IMG/VR virus record: IMGVR_UViG_3300046777_001322
Location: 6,005-70,004 of that record
DNA length: 64,000 nucleotides
Origin: a virus
Strand: one strand, 5' to 3'
Within the stretch, counting starts at the first letter, position 1, and every line of letters begins with the position of its first letter. Of the stretch, positions 55,048 through 63,479 are shown one piece after another. A program made the translations under genes and the position numbers. Under the pieces are notes generated by a model that was not told the origin of the DNA, did not search any database, and was given only the letters and a program-made list of their open reading frames with translations.

Positions 55048-56196
55048 ATGAATTCATTAAAGAAAATCGCTCTAGCCGTGGTTGCAGCCATGACTACCGC
55101 AACAATCGTGGCTTCGCCTGCAAGCGCAGCCGTAATGACAGTCGCTGTATCACTTGACGGAACTGCTAACACAACAGCATCCGCAATTGCTACACCTGCA
55201 TCATTACCAGTACCAGCAGACAACACAGTTGACGCTGCTGACGCACTCAAGTTTGTTGCAACAGTTGACACAGGAACATCAGTAAACGTATCAACAACAA
55301 ATGCAACAATTGTTTCTGCATTGCATACATCTGCTGCACCAGTATCTGCATCATCAGGATCTTCATCTTTGACAGTTGCAACTGGAACAGGAACAACTGC
55401 AACATTTTATGTCTATACAAAGACAACAGCAATTGGTACTGTAACAATTACCAATCAGGGAACAACCCTAACATATTATGTACAAGGAACTGCAGGAAAG
55501 ATTAACACTCTTGCACTTTCATCTGCTGATGCTGGAACAACCTCAAGCGTTGTAACTGCAACAGTAACAGCAACAGACGTATTTGGTAACAAGGTATCAG
55601 GTAAGGGTCTAACAGCACTTGTTGTTGGTGGAACTCTTGATACAACTACTGCTACAACTGGCGCTACTTTGACTAACTTTGGTCAGGCAGACTTCAAGGT
55701 AACACTTCCAACAACTGGTTCTTCAACCCTTGTTGTATCTGTTACAAACTCATCTGATGTTGCATCTGTTGTAACAGGTTTCAACACAGTAACTTCAAGC
55801 GTAGTCAAGACAATCACAGTTCGTGATCTTCTTGGAGAACTTGCTGCTGAAAAGGCTGCTAAGGATGCTGCTATTGCTGCTAAGGCTGCAGTAGATGCTG
55901 CTCTTGCTAAGGCTGTAGCAGACGCTGCTACTGCTGCTGCTAAGGCTACTGCTGATGCTGTTGCTGCAAAGGCTGCTGCAGATGCTGATAAGGCTGCTGC
56001 TGTAAAGGCAGAAGTCGATAAGGCTGCTGCTGCTGCCAAGGTTGCATCAGATGCCCTTGCTGCAAAGGATGCACAAATCGCTAAGTTGACAGCAGATAAT
56101 GCTGCAGCGATTAAGTCACTTAAGGATGCTTTCAACAAGTTGGCTCGCCAATGGAATGCAAAGAATCCAAAGGCTAAGGTCACATTAGTTAAGTAA
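55048..56196 (+). CDS. Secreted/surface protein: signal peptide, Thr/Val/Ala-rich Ig-like domains, Ala/Lys/Asp coiled coil
   Basis: SD aggaga. MNSLKKIALAVVAAMTTATIVASPASA signal peptide. TVTATDVFGN Big-like motif. Confidence 0.75.
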   Translation: MNSLKKIALAVVAAMTTATIVASPASAAVMTVAVSLDGTANTTASAIATPASLPVPADNTVDAADALKFVATVDTGTSVNVSTTNATIVSALHTSAAPVSASSGSSSLTVATGTGTTATFYVYTKTTAIGTVTITNQGTTLTYYVQGTAGKINTLALSSADAGTTSSVVTATVTATDVFGNKVSGKGLTALVVGGTLDTTTATTGATLTNFGQADFKVTLPTTGSSTLVVSVTNSSDVASVVTGFNTVTSSVVKTITVRDLLGELAAEKAAKDAAIAAKAAVDAALAKAVADAATAAAKATADAVAAKAAADADKAAAVKAEVDKAAAAAKVASDALAAKDAQIAKLTADNAAAIKSLKDAFNKLARQWNAKNPKAKVTLVK

Positions 56197-56211
56197 TTAA
56201 CATAACAACTG

Positions 56212-56244
56212 GGGGAGTGGGGAAACCTGCTCCCCTTTTTGTTT
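56212..56244 (+). terminator. Rho-independent terminator
   Basis: ggggagtggg-gaaa-cctgctcccc followed by tttttgttt. Confidence 0.85.
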
Positions 56245-56262
56245 GAGGTGATATAATTAAGT

Positions 56263-56844
56263 ATGTTTGATTTAATGGAAAACGCCAAGCAAAACAGTAA
56301 AGTTCTGACTGTTGAAAAATACCATACATCAGAAATCACATGGGAAGATGTGGCAAAATTTTTATATAGTGAATCACTTATACCAAATGAAATACTTAAG
56401 GATAGAATTTTAAATCAAGGCGGTTCCTTTAGAGGTAATGTTGAAATCCAATCAGGATTATGGTTTGCTCCGCAAGGAAGAAAATCAATATTTAGTCATT
56501 TCCCAGGCGTATCAGAATTATTGTATAAATTAAACAAGTCTGTAGACAATACTAACTGCGATTACTATGAAGCCAAACCATGTAACTGTAATAGTGATTG
56601 GCATTTGCAGGGAATAAGAATATCAATGACTGACAGGATTACTGGCTATCATGCAGATACTGTAGATGCAATTTTTTGGCAAATACTTGGAACATCTTTA
56701 TGGGAAGTAGATCAAAAAGAAACTTATGAATTAAAACCAGGAGATATAGTTTATTTGCCTACCGAAACAGAACATAAGGTTTGGGGTGTTGGCCCAAGAC
56801 TAGGGCTTATAATTGACAATCTTAATACTAGATATTTGAAATAA
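56263..56844 (+). CDS. JmjC/cupin-type oxygenase
   Basis: YHADTVDAIFWQILGTSLW..LKPGDIVYLP..HKV. Leaderless-type promoter TGATATAAT at 56249-56257. Confidence 0.75.
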   Translation: MFDLMENAKQNSKVLTVEKYHTSEITWEDVAKFLYSESLIPNEILKDRILNQGGSFRGNVEIQSGLWFAPQGRKSIFSHFPGVSELLYKLNKSVDNTNCDYYEAKPCNCNSDWHLQGIRISMTDRITGYHADTVDAIFWQILGTSLWEVDQKETYELKPGDIVYLPTETEHKVWGVGPRLGLIIDNLNTRYLK

Positions 56845-56868
56845 AATGCTATAATTATCCTATTAATT

Positions 56869-58932
56869 GTGGAGGAAGAAAGGATAATTAAAAAGTTAAC
56901 ACGAATAGCACTTACTACCCTTTTGGCCTTTGGATGGCTTTTAGTGGCCCCTACAGAGGCTAACTCTGATGACCCTATAGCAATCGCTGCCCAAGAAATA
57001 CAAGACCTTAAAAACAGCGTAGAAGACCTAAATTATAAAGATGAGTTTAATAGTTTAATAAATATAGCAGAAGAAAAATATGATCAAGCAGTGCAGGCAA
57101 GAGCAAATAGAGATGATGCATATGATTCATATGATTCTGCGGTAGCAGTAGAAGCCACGGCACTTGAAGAAAAAACATTAGCCCAGTCCTCAGTAGATGG
57201 ACAAACAGTAACAGTGGCCACAGCATTGCAGGATAAAAATGATGCTCAAGACGCTTTAGACATAGCCAATTTAAATGTTCAAACAACACAAGCAGCAGTT
57301 TCAAATGCTGGTAATTCAGGATTACAATATACAGTATATTATCTTACAAGAGGGTTTGGCGGAGTAGCAATTCCAAGCGGTGTTATATGTACTGGAGTCT
57401 GGAATTCAAATTCAATGCAGCCACCAGTATGCGGTAGATACGAAGATTTTATAGTTAAATTTACTGGAACTATTACTGTCCCATCTCATTGGACTTCAAC
57501 ATATTTTGCAGGATACACAGATGATGGATTTAAGATGTATATTAATGGACAACTTGCAGTTAATAATTGGCAAGAGCAGGGGTCAACATGGAGTGCATAC
57601 TCTCCAACATATGATGTTAGCGAAGATAAAACCTTAGATGTAGAAATATGGTGGTACAACGGAGGAGGCCCAGGTTACTATCATCTTGGATGGGCAATTC
57701 CTGGAGGTTGGACTGGAGCGGGATGCGATTATACTGGTGGATGGGGTGTAGGATTTAGTTGTAATCTCAATACATTTTCACATGGATCTGGTGCAACACA
57801 AGCACAAATAGATGCATATAATGAAGCAGTAGCAGATCAAGAAACCAAGCAAACAATTTATAATAATAAACTTGCTTATTATAATACTCAAAATCAAAAC
57901 CTAACAACATTAAATCAAAACCTAACAACCGCTACACAAAACCTAACAACAGCACAACAAAACCTAACAAATGCCTTGGTTGCAAAAAATAATGCTATTT
58001 CTATTTATGATCAAGCAATCATTGATATGGATAATGCAATACAAAATGCTTGGGATTATTATGATGAGCAATTAGAAAGAGAAATACAAATTGCTATTGC
58101 TCAGGCAGCAGCAAATGCTGCAGCAAATCAACCAACACCTGTAGCAAGTCCAGACCCTGAGCCAACTGTAGAACAAACCCCAGAGCCAACCATAGAGCCA
58201 ACGCCTGAACCTACAGTAGAGCCAACTCCTGAACCGACACCAGAACCAGAACCAACTCCTGAACCTACAATAGATCCAACTCCAGAGCCAGAGCCTACAC
58301 CAGAACCAGAGCCAACTATAGAGCCTACACAAGAGCCTACTATTGATCCAACTCCTGAACCTACTCCTGGTCCTGAACCAACACCAGAGCCAACTCCTGA
58401 AATAGATGAGGAAATAAAAGAATTAATTCCTGAAAAGGGTACAGGAACAGCAGAAGATTTATCTGGAGTAATTGCAAACCTTACAAGTAAAGACAATAAG
58501 TTAGTTATTTTATCACCTGAGCAAGTAGCAGCAGTTAGCCAAACACTGAAGGCTTTGACTCAAGAGGCAAAAGCAGAGGTAGCACAAGATTTAGGTATCA
58601 AGGCATCAGAAGTTGAAAAGATTGCAGAGGCAATGAAATCTGACCCTGCCATTGCTACAGCGTTTGTAGAGTTTGAAAGCAGAGCAGCAGAAGCGGGGGA
58701 TTCAGCAATGCCATTCACATTGGCAGACGCTATTACTGAAGTACAGACAGAAGCATTTTTAGCAGACCCACTTGGAACATTAACAGATATAGACTTTGAT
58801 AAATTATTAAGCCCTACAGATTGGGGGAAAGACATGACAGATGACCAAAGAGAGAAGGTCCAAGAGGTGGTCATTCCTGTTATTTTGGTAGGAAATATTG
58901 TTAGTTCAGTTATGTCACTAAGGAGGTTATAA
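56869..58932 (+). CDS. Membrane-anchored secreted protein with a PA14 domain, coiled coils and a Pro-Glu-Thr repeat
   Basis: Signal peptide. PA14 motif [31 protein letters not shown] repeats and a C-terminal hydrophobic segment. Start uncertain. Confidence 0.75.
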   Translation: MEEERIIKKLTRIALTTLLAFGWLLVAPTEANSDDPIAIAAQEIQDLKNSVEDLNYKDEFNSLINIAEEKYDQAVQARANRDDAYDSYDSAVAVEATALEEKTLAQSSVDGQTVTVATALQDKNDAQDALDIANLNVQTTQAAVSNAGNSGLQYTVYYLTRGFGGVAIPSGVICTGVWNSNSMQPPVCGRYEDFIVKFTGTITVPSHWTSTYFAGYTDDGFKMYINGQLAVNNWQEQGSTWSAYSPTYDVSEDKTLDVEIWWYNGGGPGYYHLGWAIPGGWTGAGCDYTGGWGVGFSCNLNTFSHGSGATQAQIDAYNEAVADQETKQTIYNNKLAYYNTQNQNLTTLNQNLTTATQNLTTAQQNLTNALVAKNNAISIYDQAIIDMDNAIQNAWDYYDEQLEREIQIAIAQAAANAAANQPTPVASPDPEPTVEQTPEPTIEPTPEPTVEPTPEPTPEPEPTPEPTIDPTPEPEPTPEPEPTIEPTQEPTIDPTPEPTPGPEPTPEPTPEIDEEIKELIPEKGTGTAEDLSGVIANLTSKDNKLVILSPEQVAAVSQTLKALTQEAKAEVAQDLGIKASEVEKIAEAMKSDPAIATAFVEFESRAAEAGDSAMPFTLADAITEVQTEAFLADPLGTLTDIDFDKLLSPTDWGKDMTDDQREKVQEVVIPVILVGNIVSSVMSLRRL
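57895..57972 (+). repeat. Four 21-nt coding repeats (QNLTTxx heptads)
   Basis: caaaacctaacaa at 57895, 57916, 57937 and 57958. Confidence 0.85.
58130..58400 (+). repeat. Pro/Glu/Thr-rich coding repeat (PEPT, PTPE)
   Basis: Translation of 56869..58932. Confidence 0.85.
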
Positions 58933-58933
58933 T

Positions 58934-59143
58934 ATGAACATGATTAAGAAGATAGTTAAAGGACTCTTTAAGTGGTTTAAGGCTGCTGTAATTGAGAGTA
59001 TTGCCCAGATATTTACAATCCTTGGCTTCTTTATTGCTTGGCTTACCCTTACAGGTACCGCCCAGCAGGTAGTGGGGGTAGCCACATTAATATCAATTGC
59101 CCTATGGCTTATTACCATTCCGCTTCGTGAAGACAAAGAATAG
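58934..59143 (+). CDS. Small two-TM membrane protein
   Basis: Two hydrophobic segments; SD aggagg. Confidence 0.7.
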   Translation: MNMIKKIVKGLFKWFKAAVIESIAQIFTILGFFIAWLTLTGTAQQVVGVATLISIALWLITIPLREDKE

Positions 59144-59159
59144 TTGGTATAATACAAGT

Positions 59160-59345
59160 ATGAAGATCCGTAATATTTTTTTATCGTGTATACTTGTATT
59201 AGGCCTTGGTGGCTGCGGGTATGACGGTCACTATCGCTATCCTTGCCAGGATCCAGTAAACTGGGAAAAGGCAGAATGTAAGCCACCGCTTTGTGAGGCT
59301 ACAGGAACTTGTACAAAAGACTTGATAGGAAAACAGGATGAGTAA
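59160..59345 (+). CDS. Small Cys-rich lipoprotein
   Basis: TGGTATAAT at 59145-59153, then ATG 59160. Lipobox LGGC followed by RYPCQDP.NW..C.PP.C...C. Confidence 0.7.
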   Translation: MKIRNIFLSCILVLGLGGCGYDGHYRYPCQDPVNWEKAECKPPLCEATGTCTKDLIGKQDE

Positions 59346-59748
59346 GCAAAGATTAACACCGCAGGATCTTGATGCACGACTAAAGTTTATTCTTGGTTGT
59401 ACACTTGGAGCAATTTTATTATTTACAGCATTAGGTATTTTATACGCACTTATATTCGTAACACAGCCAATTGGAGCACAGTCAGAAAATGACAAGATGT
59501 TTTTCAATGTTCTTGGATCAGTTGCTACATTTATTACAGGAACACTCGCAGGACTATTAATTGGTCAAAGTGGCGCTAAAGATATTATGCAAGCACAGAT
59601 GGATAATAAAAAAGTAGATTCAGAAATTAGAATGGCAGAAGATAAACTTGATGCAGAGTTAGATGAAGTAAAAGCAAGACTTGCTGCCAAGCCAGACGGT
59701 GCAATGCCAGCAGAGCAACCAGTAGATACTGATTGGGATAAGGAGTAA
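59338..59748 (+). CDS. Two-TM membrane protein, possible holin
   Basis: Two TM helices and a charged tail, directly before the endolysin. Confidence 0.55.
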   Translation: MSKQRLTPQDLDARLKFILGCTLGAILLFTALGILYALIFVTQPIGAQSENDKMFFNVLGSVATFITGTLAGLLIGQSGAKDIMQAQMDNKKVDSEIRMAEDKLDAELDEVKARLAAKPDGAMPAEQPVDTDWDKE

Positions 59749-59751
59749 ACA

Positions 59752-60387
59752 ATGGCACAAGATGATTTTCCAGTACCAGCAGCAACAGAAAAGGCTCCAC
59801 AAGGAACTGCTGCTCGTCTTATTCAAGTTGCTAAGTCTCAGGTAGGTTATATTGAAGGCCCTAAAGATAATGAAACAAAGTATGGTGCTTACACAAAGGC
59901 TAACTTTCAGCCATGGTGTGGATCATTTGTTAACTGGTGTGGTAATGAGGCTGGTGTAAAAATTCCTAATACTGTTTATACTCCAGGTGGTGCACAGGCA
60001 TTTAAGAAGGCTGGCGCATGGATCGATGGAGATTTAGCAGATCCAGAACCAGGCGATATTGCCTATTTTGATTTTCCATCAGATGGCGTAGACAGAATCT
60101 CACATGTTGGTATTGTTATTGAAGACAATGAAGATGGAACTGTATGGTGTATTGAAGGAAATACTTCTTCAAACAAAAAGGGTAGTCAAAGAAATGGTGG
60201 AGAATGCTGCAAGCAACTTCGTGCTTACAAGAAAAATAAAGCAGGAGTAATGGTTTCTATAGTTGGATTTGGTCGTCCTAAATTTAAGGGTGCAGGGAAA
60301 ACCTCAGAAACAAGTACTAATAAGACTGAGAAATCTAAGCCAACTAAAATAAATACATGCCCAGCATGCGGACAAGAAGTTAAGTAA
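59752..60387 (+). CDS. CHAP-domain endolysin/amidase
   Basis: QPWCGSFVNW, PGDIAYF, SHVGIV, IEGNT. Confidence 0.85.
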   Translation: MAQDDFPVPAATEKAPQGTAARLIQVAKSQVGYIEGPKDNETKYGAYTKANFQPWCGSFVNWCGNEAGVKIPNTVYTPGGAQAFKKAGAWIDGDLADPEPGDIAYFDFPSDGVDRISHVGIVIEDNEDGTVWCIEGNTSSNKKGSQRNGGECCKQLRAYKKNKAGVMVSIVGFGRPKFKGAGKTSETSTNKTEKSKPTKINTCPACGQEVK

Positions 60388-60390
60388 AAC

Positions 60391-60419
60391 TTGACACTAC
60401 CTTTATATTTTGATATACT
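60391..60419 (+). promoter_or_regulatory. Consensus SigA promoter
   Basis: TTGACA-N17-TATACT with a TG extension. Confidence 0.8.
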
Positions 60420-60444
60420 GATATAAACAAACCGAAGGGCTATC

Positions 60445-60969
60445 ATGACTTGTATTGCTGTTGTACGTCACGAAGATAAAGTCTATATGGCTGGAGATCG
60501 TGGAGCATCAGATGATGGAACCATTCTAGCACTTGAGGCACCAAAAGTTTGGAAGATAGGTCCGTACCTAATTGGGTATGCTGGATCAATGGACGGAGAA
60601 AGAATTCGTTACAACTTTAAGCCAACAGCACCTAATATTAAAGACACAGATAAGTTTATGCAAACTAAGTTTATTAAAGAACTAAAAGAATTCTACAACG
60701 AGTTCTGGGTTGATACATCTAAAGATGGAGACCTTGGTTTGATTATTGCTATTCGTGGTGAGATATATGAGCATAGTTCTGCAGATATGTCTTTGTCTAA
60801 GTATACACTTCCATACCTTGCTATGGGTTCTGGTGCAGAGTATGCTTACGGTGTTTTGTATGCAACAGATAAACAAAAAAATGCAAGAAATCGTGTGCAT
60901 TCTGCTGTAAGCGCAGCAATAAAATTTTCTCCATCCTGCATGGGGCCTATTGACATAGTAAGCATTTAA
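60445..60969 (+). CDS. HslV/proteasome-beta-like Ntn peptidase
   Basis: N-terminal M-T nucleophile, MAGDR, PKVW, GYAGS, AMGSG. Confidence 0.8.
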   Translation: MTCIAVVRHEDKVYMAGDRGASDDGTILALEAPKVWKIGPYLIGYAGSMDGERIRYNFKPTAPNIKDTDKFMQTKFIKELKEFYNEFWVDTSKDGDLGLIIAIRGEIYEHSSADMSLSKYTLPYLAMGSGAEYAYGVLYATDKQKNARNRVHSAVSAAIKFSPSCMGPIDIVSI

Positions 60970-60978
60970 GGATATACT
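60950..60978 (+). promoter_or_regulatory. Consensus SigA promoter with probable leaderless start at 60985
   Basis: TTGACA-N17-TATACT, then 6 nt to ATG. Confidence 0.7.
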
Positions 60979-60984
60979 AGAGGT

Positions 60985-61188
60985 ATGAATCATATGGGTA
61001 TAGAAAATCTTTCTCCAGAGGAGCAAGAGTTTGGTATCTGGTTACAGAACGGCATTGAGAGAGGCTGGATCAGTGACCCTTATTGCCACACACATGACGG
61101 TGGCTATGAGTATATGAGTGAAGAAGAAATAGAAGAATGGGAAGCAGGAGGCGACCCATGCGAACATGTATTAAGAATATTCATCTAA
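60985..61188 (+). CDS. Small acidic hypothetical protein (C/H metal motif)
   Basis: GIERGWISDPYCHTHDG..GGDPCEHV. Confidence 0.7.
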   Translation: MNHMGIENLSPEEQEFGIWLQNGIERGWISDPYCHTHDGGYEYMSEEEIEEWEAGGDPCEHVLRIFI

Positions 61189-61203
61189 CAGAAAGGTAAC
61201 ACA

Positions 61204-62034
61204 ATGAAAAAAGTACTAATAGCAGTACTATCAGCAGTAACAATTTTTGCACCTATGCAGGTTGCAAAAGCAACAGACGAAAGAGTGGTTGCAATTATTG
61301 ACACAGCAATTGACTCAAGTAAATTTCCTTCAATTATTTATGAAGCATGCTTTACAGATAACAAGTCATGTCTAAATAAAACTAATTTTATGGAGGGTAA
61401 GGGGTCTGCCAATTCGCCTGTATGGGCAGTGTCGACAAACTTTTCTCACCCAATTTATCACGGATTAAAGATGGTAACTTCATCAAACATTACTAATTCA
61501 AATATCAAGATTGTATTCATTAGAATTGCTAATGTGACTTCAACTGGAGGAACTTTAAATTCTGGAGCAAGTCTTGCTAGGGCTATGGATTGGGTATCTA
61601 AGAATGCATCTAAGTATAGTATTGATGCGCTATCAGTAAGTCAGTCAAGAGTTAATTGGACAACATGTCCTACTGATTTAGTTGTATCTGATTCCATTAA
61701 GTCTTTACAAACTCAAAATGTTCCTACATTTATTGCAACAGGAAACGATAGCCTCAAGAACAAGGTTGGGTTTCCAGCATGTGTAGATGGTGCAGTTGGC
61801 GTTGGCGCCATGACATTTGATGGAAAGATGTTACAGGCAGTCACAAACTCTGGTCCAGGACTTGATGTTGTTGCAGTAGGTGATATTAAGAAAGCACTTA
61901 ATAATACATACGATATTTCTGGAACTTCTGTTGCTACTGCTGTAGCAGCAACAAAATATGTTGGACAAATAAGTTTGTTTGATCAGTTTATTTCTGGTCT
62001 TACTAAGTTTCTAACATATCCGTTTATTCGATAA
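61204..62034 (+). CDS. Secreted subtilisin-like (S8) serine protease
   Basis: Signal peptide. Triad VAIIDT / HG / SGTSVA, oxyanion ATGND. Confidence 0.8.
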   Translation: MKKVLIAVLSAVTIFAPMQVAKATDERVVAIIDTAIDSSKFPSIIYEACFTDNKSCLNKTNFMEGKGSANSPVWAVSTNFSHPIYHGLKMVTSSNITNSNIKIVFIRIANVTSTGGTLNSGASLARAMDWVSKNASKYSIDALSVSQSRVNWTTCPTDLVVSDSIKSLQTQNVPTFIATGNDSLKNKVGFPACVDGAVGVGAMTFDGKMLQAVTNSGPGLDVVAVGDIKKALNNTYDISGTSVATAVAATKYVGQISLFDQFISGLTKFLTYPFIR

Positions 62035-62105
62035 GTTATAGTCCTGGGCATGACTAAAACTGCCCAACAAGTGGTATAATTATATAGATTCGCAAAGGAG
62101 AACAA

Positions 62106-62333
62106 ATGGAATCAATTAAAAAAATTTCTTTAAAAGCAACTTGTTTTACAATATATCATGTAACTATTGCTGCTTTAATTTTTTCTACTGTAATATATTT
62201 TATTACTGGAGAATGGGAGTACGAGTATTTTGAAATGCTAGGCTTTGGCCTTATTGGATATATTATCTGGGAAATTTTTGGTTATGGCATATTTGAAATA
62301 ATATGGAACAAGTTTAGCAAAAAGGTAAAATAA
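62106..62333 (+). CDS. Small membrane protein
   Basis: TGGTATAAT at 62072, SD aaggag, two hydrophobic segments. Confidence 0.65.
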   Translation: MESIKKISLKATCFTIYHVTIAALIFSTVIYFITGEWEYEYFEMLGFGLIGYIIWEIFGYGIFEIIWNKFSKKVK

Positions 62334-62434
62334 TGCGTATTAAGATAATTAGATTTGTCGCTAAGATTCTAGGCTATGAACTAAGTTCTGCCCCACGTGG
62401 TATCACTATTTGGCAATTAAGAAAGAAGAAGTAA
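62333..62434 (+). CDS. 33-aa basic peptide (not in the ORF track)
   Basis: MRIKIIRFVAKILGYELSSAPRGITIWQLRKKK, with TAATG coupling at both ends. Confidence 0.5.
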   Translation: MRIKIIRFVAKILGYELSSAPRGITIWQLRKKK

Positions 62435-62619
62435 TGCCTTCATATGAGTATGACTGTATGCCTTGTGCAAAACGGTATATTAAAGAAAGATCTATTAAAG
62501 AAAGTGATCCAGGGTATATCTGCGAAACTTGCAATACTGCCCTAGTTCGTGTATACTCTAATGTAGGGGTCACATTCAATGGCTCTGGTTTTTATCAAAC
62601 TGATAATAGAAAGGTATAA
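62434..62619 (+). CDS. FmdB-family zinc-ribbon protein
   Basis: MPSYEYDC..C..C..C..F.GSGFY.TD. ATG 62434 preferred over 62410. Confidence 0.8.
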   Translation: MPSYEYDCMPCAKRYIKERSIKESDPGYICETCNTALVRVYSNVGVTFNGSGFYQTDNRKV

Positions 62620-62620
62620 T

Positions 62621-62878
62621 ATGTTTAGTATGCTCAAGAATAAGGAAGAAGAGAAGGTATGGCTTCTTGATGCCAATGATCGCTGTGACAGATGTGCTGC
62701 TCAGGCGTATGTTAAGGTTGTTGGCAAGTCTGGGTCGTCCCTTTTGTTCTGCGGACATCACTACAATAAGGCAATGGATAATGCAATTGGATATGACAAT
62801 ATGATGAAATTTGCCTTAGAAATTCTTGATGAACGAGATAGATTAATCGAAAATAGATCAGTCGGATCAGAAAATTAA
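62621..62878 (+). CDS. Small Cys/His protein of a type common in Actinobacteria
   Basis: DRCDRCAAQAYV..LLFCGHH. Start 62621 or 62630. Confidence 0.65.
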   Translation: MFSMLKNKEEEKVWLLDANDRCDRCAAQAYVKVVGKSGSSLLFCGHHYNKAMDNAIGYDNMMKFALEILDERDRLIENRSVGSEN

Positions 62879-62891
62879 TTAGAGGCTAACA

Positions 62892-63479
62892 ATGAATATC
62901 TTGGGTAAAGATTATGAAAAGGTGCTCTATGTTCACATACCTAAAACTGCTGGATCCTCCATCACTAAGGTATTACAGGACAATAATTTAGACAATTGGA
63001 TAAGAGCATATCCAAGGCACCATGATCCATATTTTTATTTAGCACAGGCAAATAATATTGACGATAAGGTATTTTCATTCTCTACCATTCGAAATCCTTA
63101 TACTCGTACATATAGTTCCTTGCATCAATATAATAGAGCAAACAAAACTAATCTATCTTTTATGGAATATCTTAATAATATATTAGAAAAAAGAATATCC
63201 AAGATCAGCCCCTTGATACATCTACCACAAGCGTGGTATGTAACAGATTCAAATAATAATATATTAGTAACAAAGTTATATAGGTTTGAAAATATTAAAG
63301 AGTTAGAGCAAGATCTTAACTGGGAAATAGGCTCATACCATATAGGAAATTACACTAAAGATATGTATATCGAAGCGTATACAGATGTTGCAATAGATAT
63401 TGTGAAAAAGTTTTATGCAATAGACTTTTCTTTATTTGGATATTCTACTAACTTTGAAGATACCTTGGAGCAAAGATGA
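62892..63479 (+). CDS. Sulfotransferase family 2-like protein
   Basis: 5'-PSB motif HIPKTAGSS, 3'-PB motif RNPYTRTYS, C-terminal Y..DF..FGY. Confidence 0.8.
   Translation: MNILGKDYEKVLYVHIPKTAGSSITKVLQDNNLDNWIRAYPRHHDPYFYLAQANNIDDKVFSFSTIRNPYTRTYSSLHQYNRANKTNLSFMEYLNNILEKRISKISPLIHLPQAWYVTDSNNNILVTKLYRFENIKELEQDLNWEIGSYHIGNYTKDMYIEAYTDVAIDIVKKFYAIDFSLFGYSTNFEDTLEQR

Noticed and set aside
57895-57972. Short direct repeats with variable 3' parts resembling a mini-CRISPR
   Set aside because: 21-nt period in frame, encoding coiled-coil heptads.
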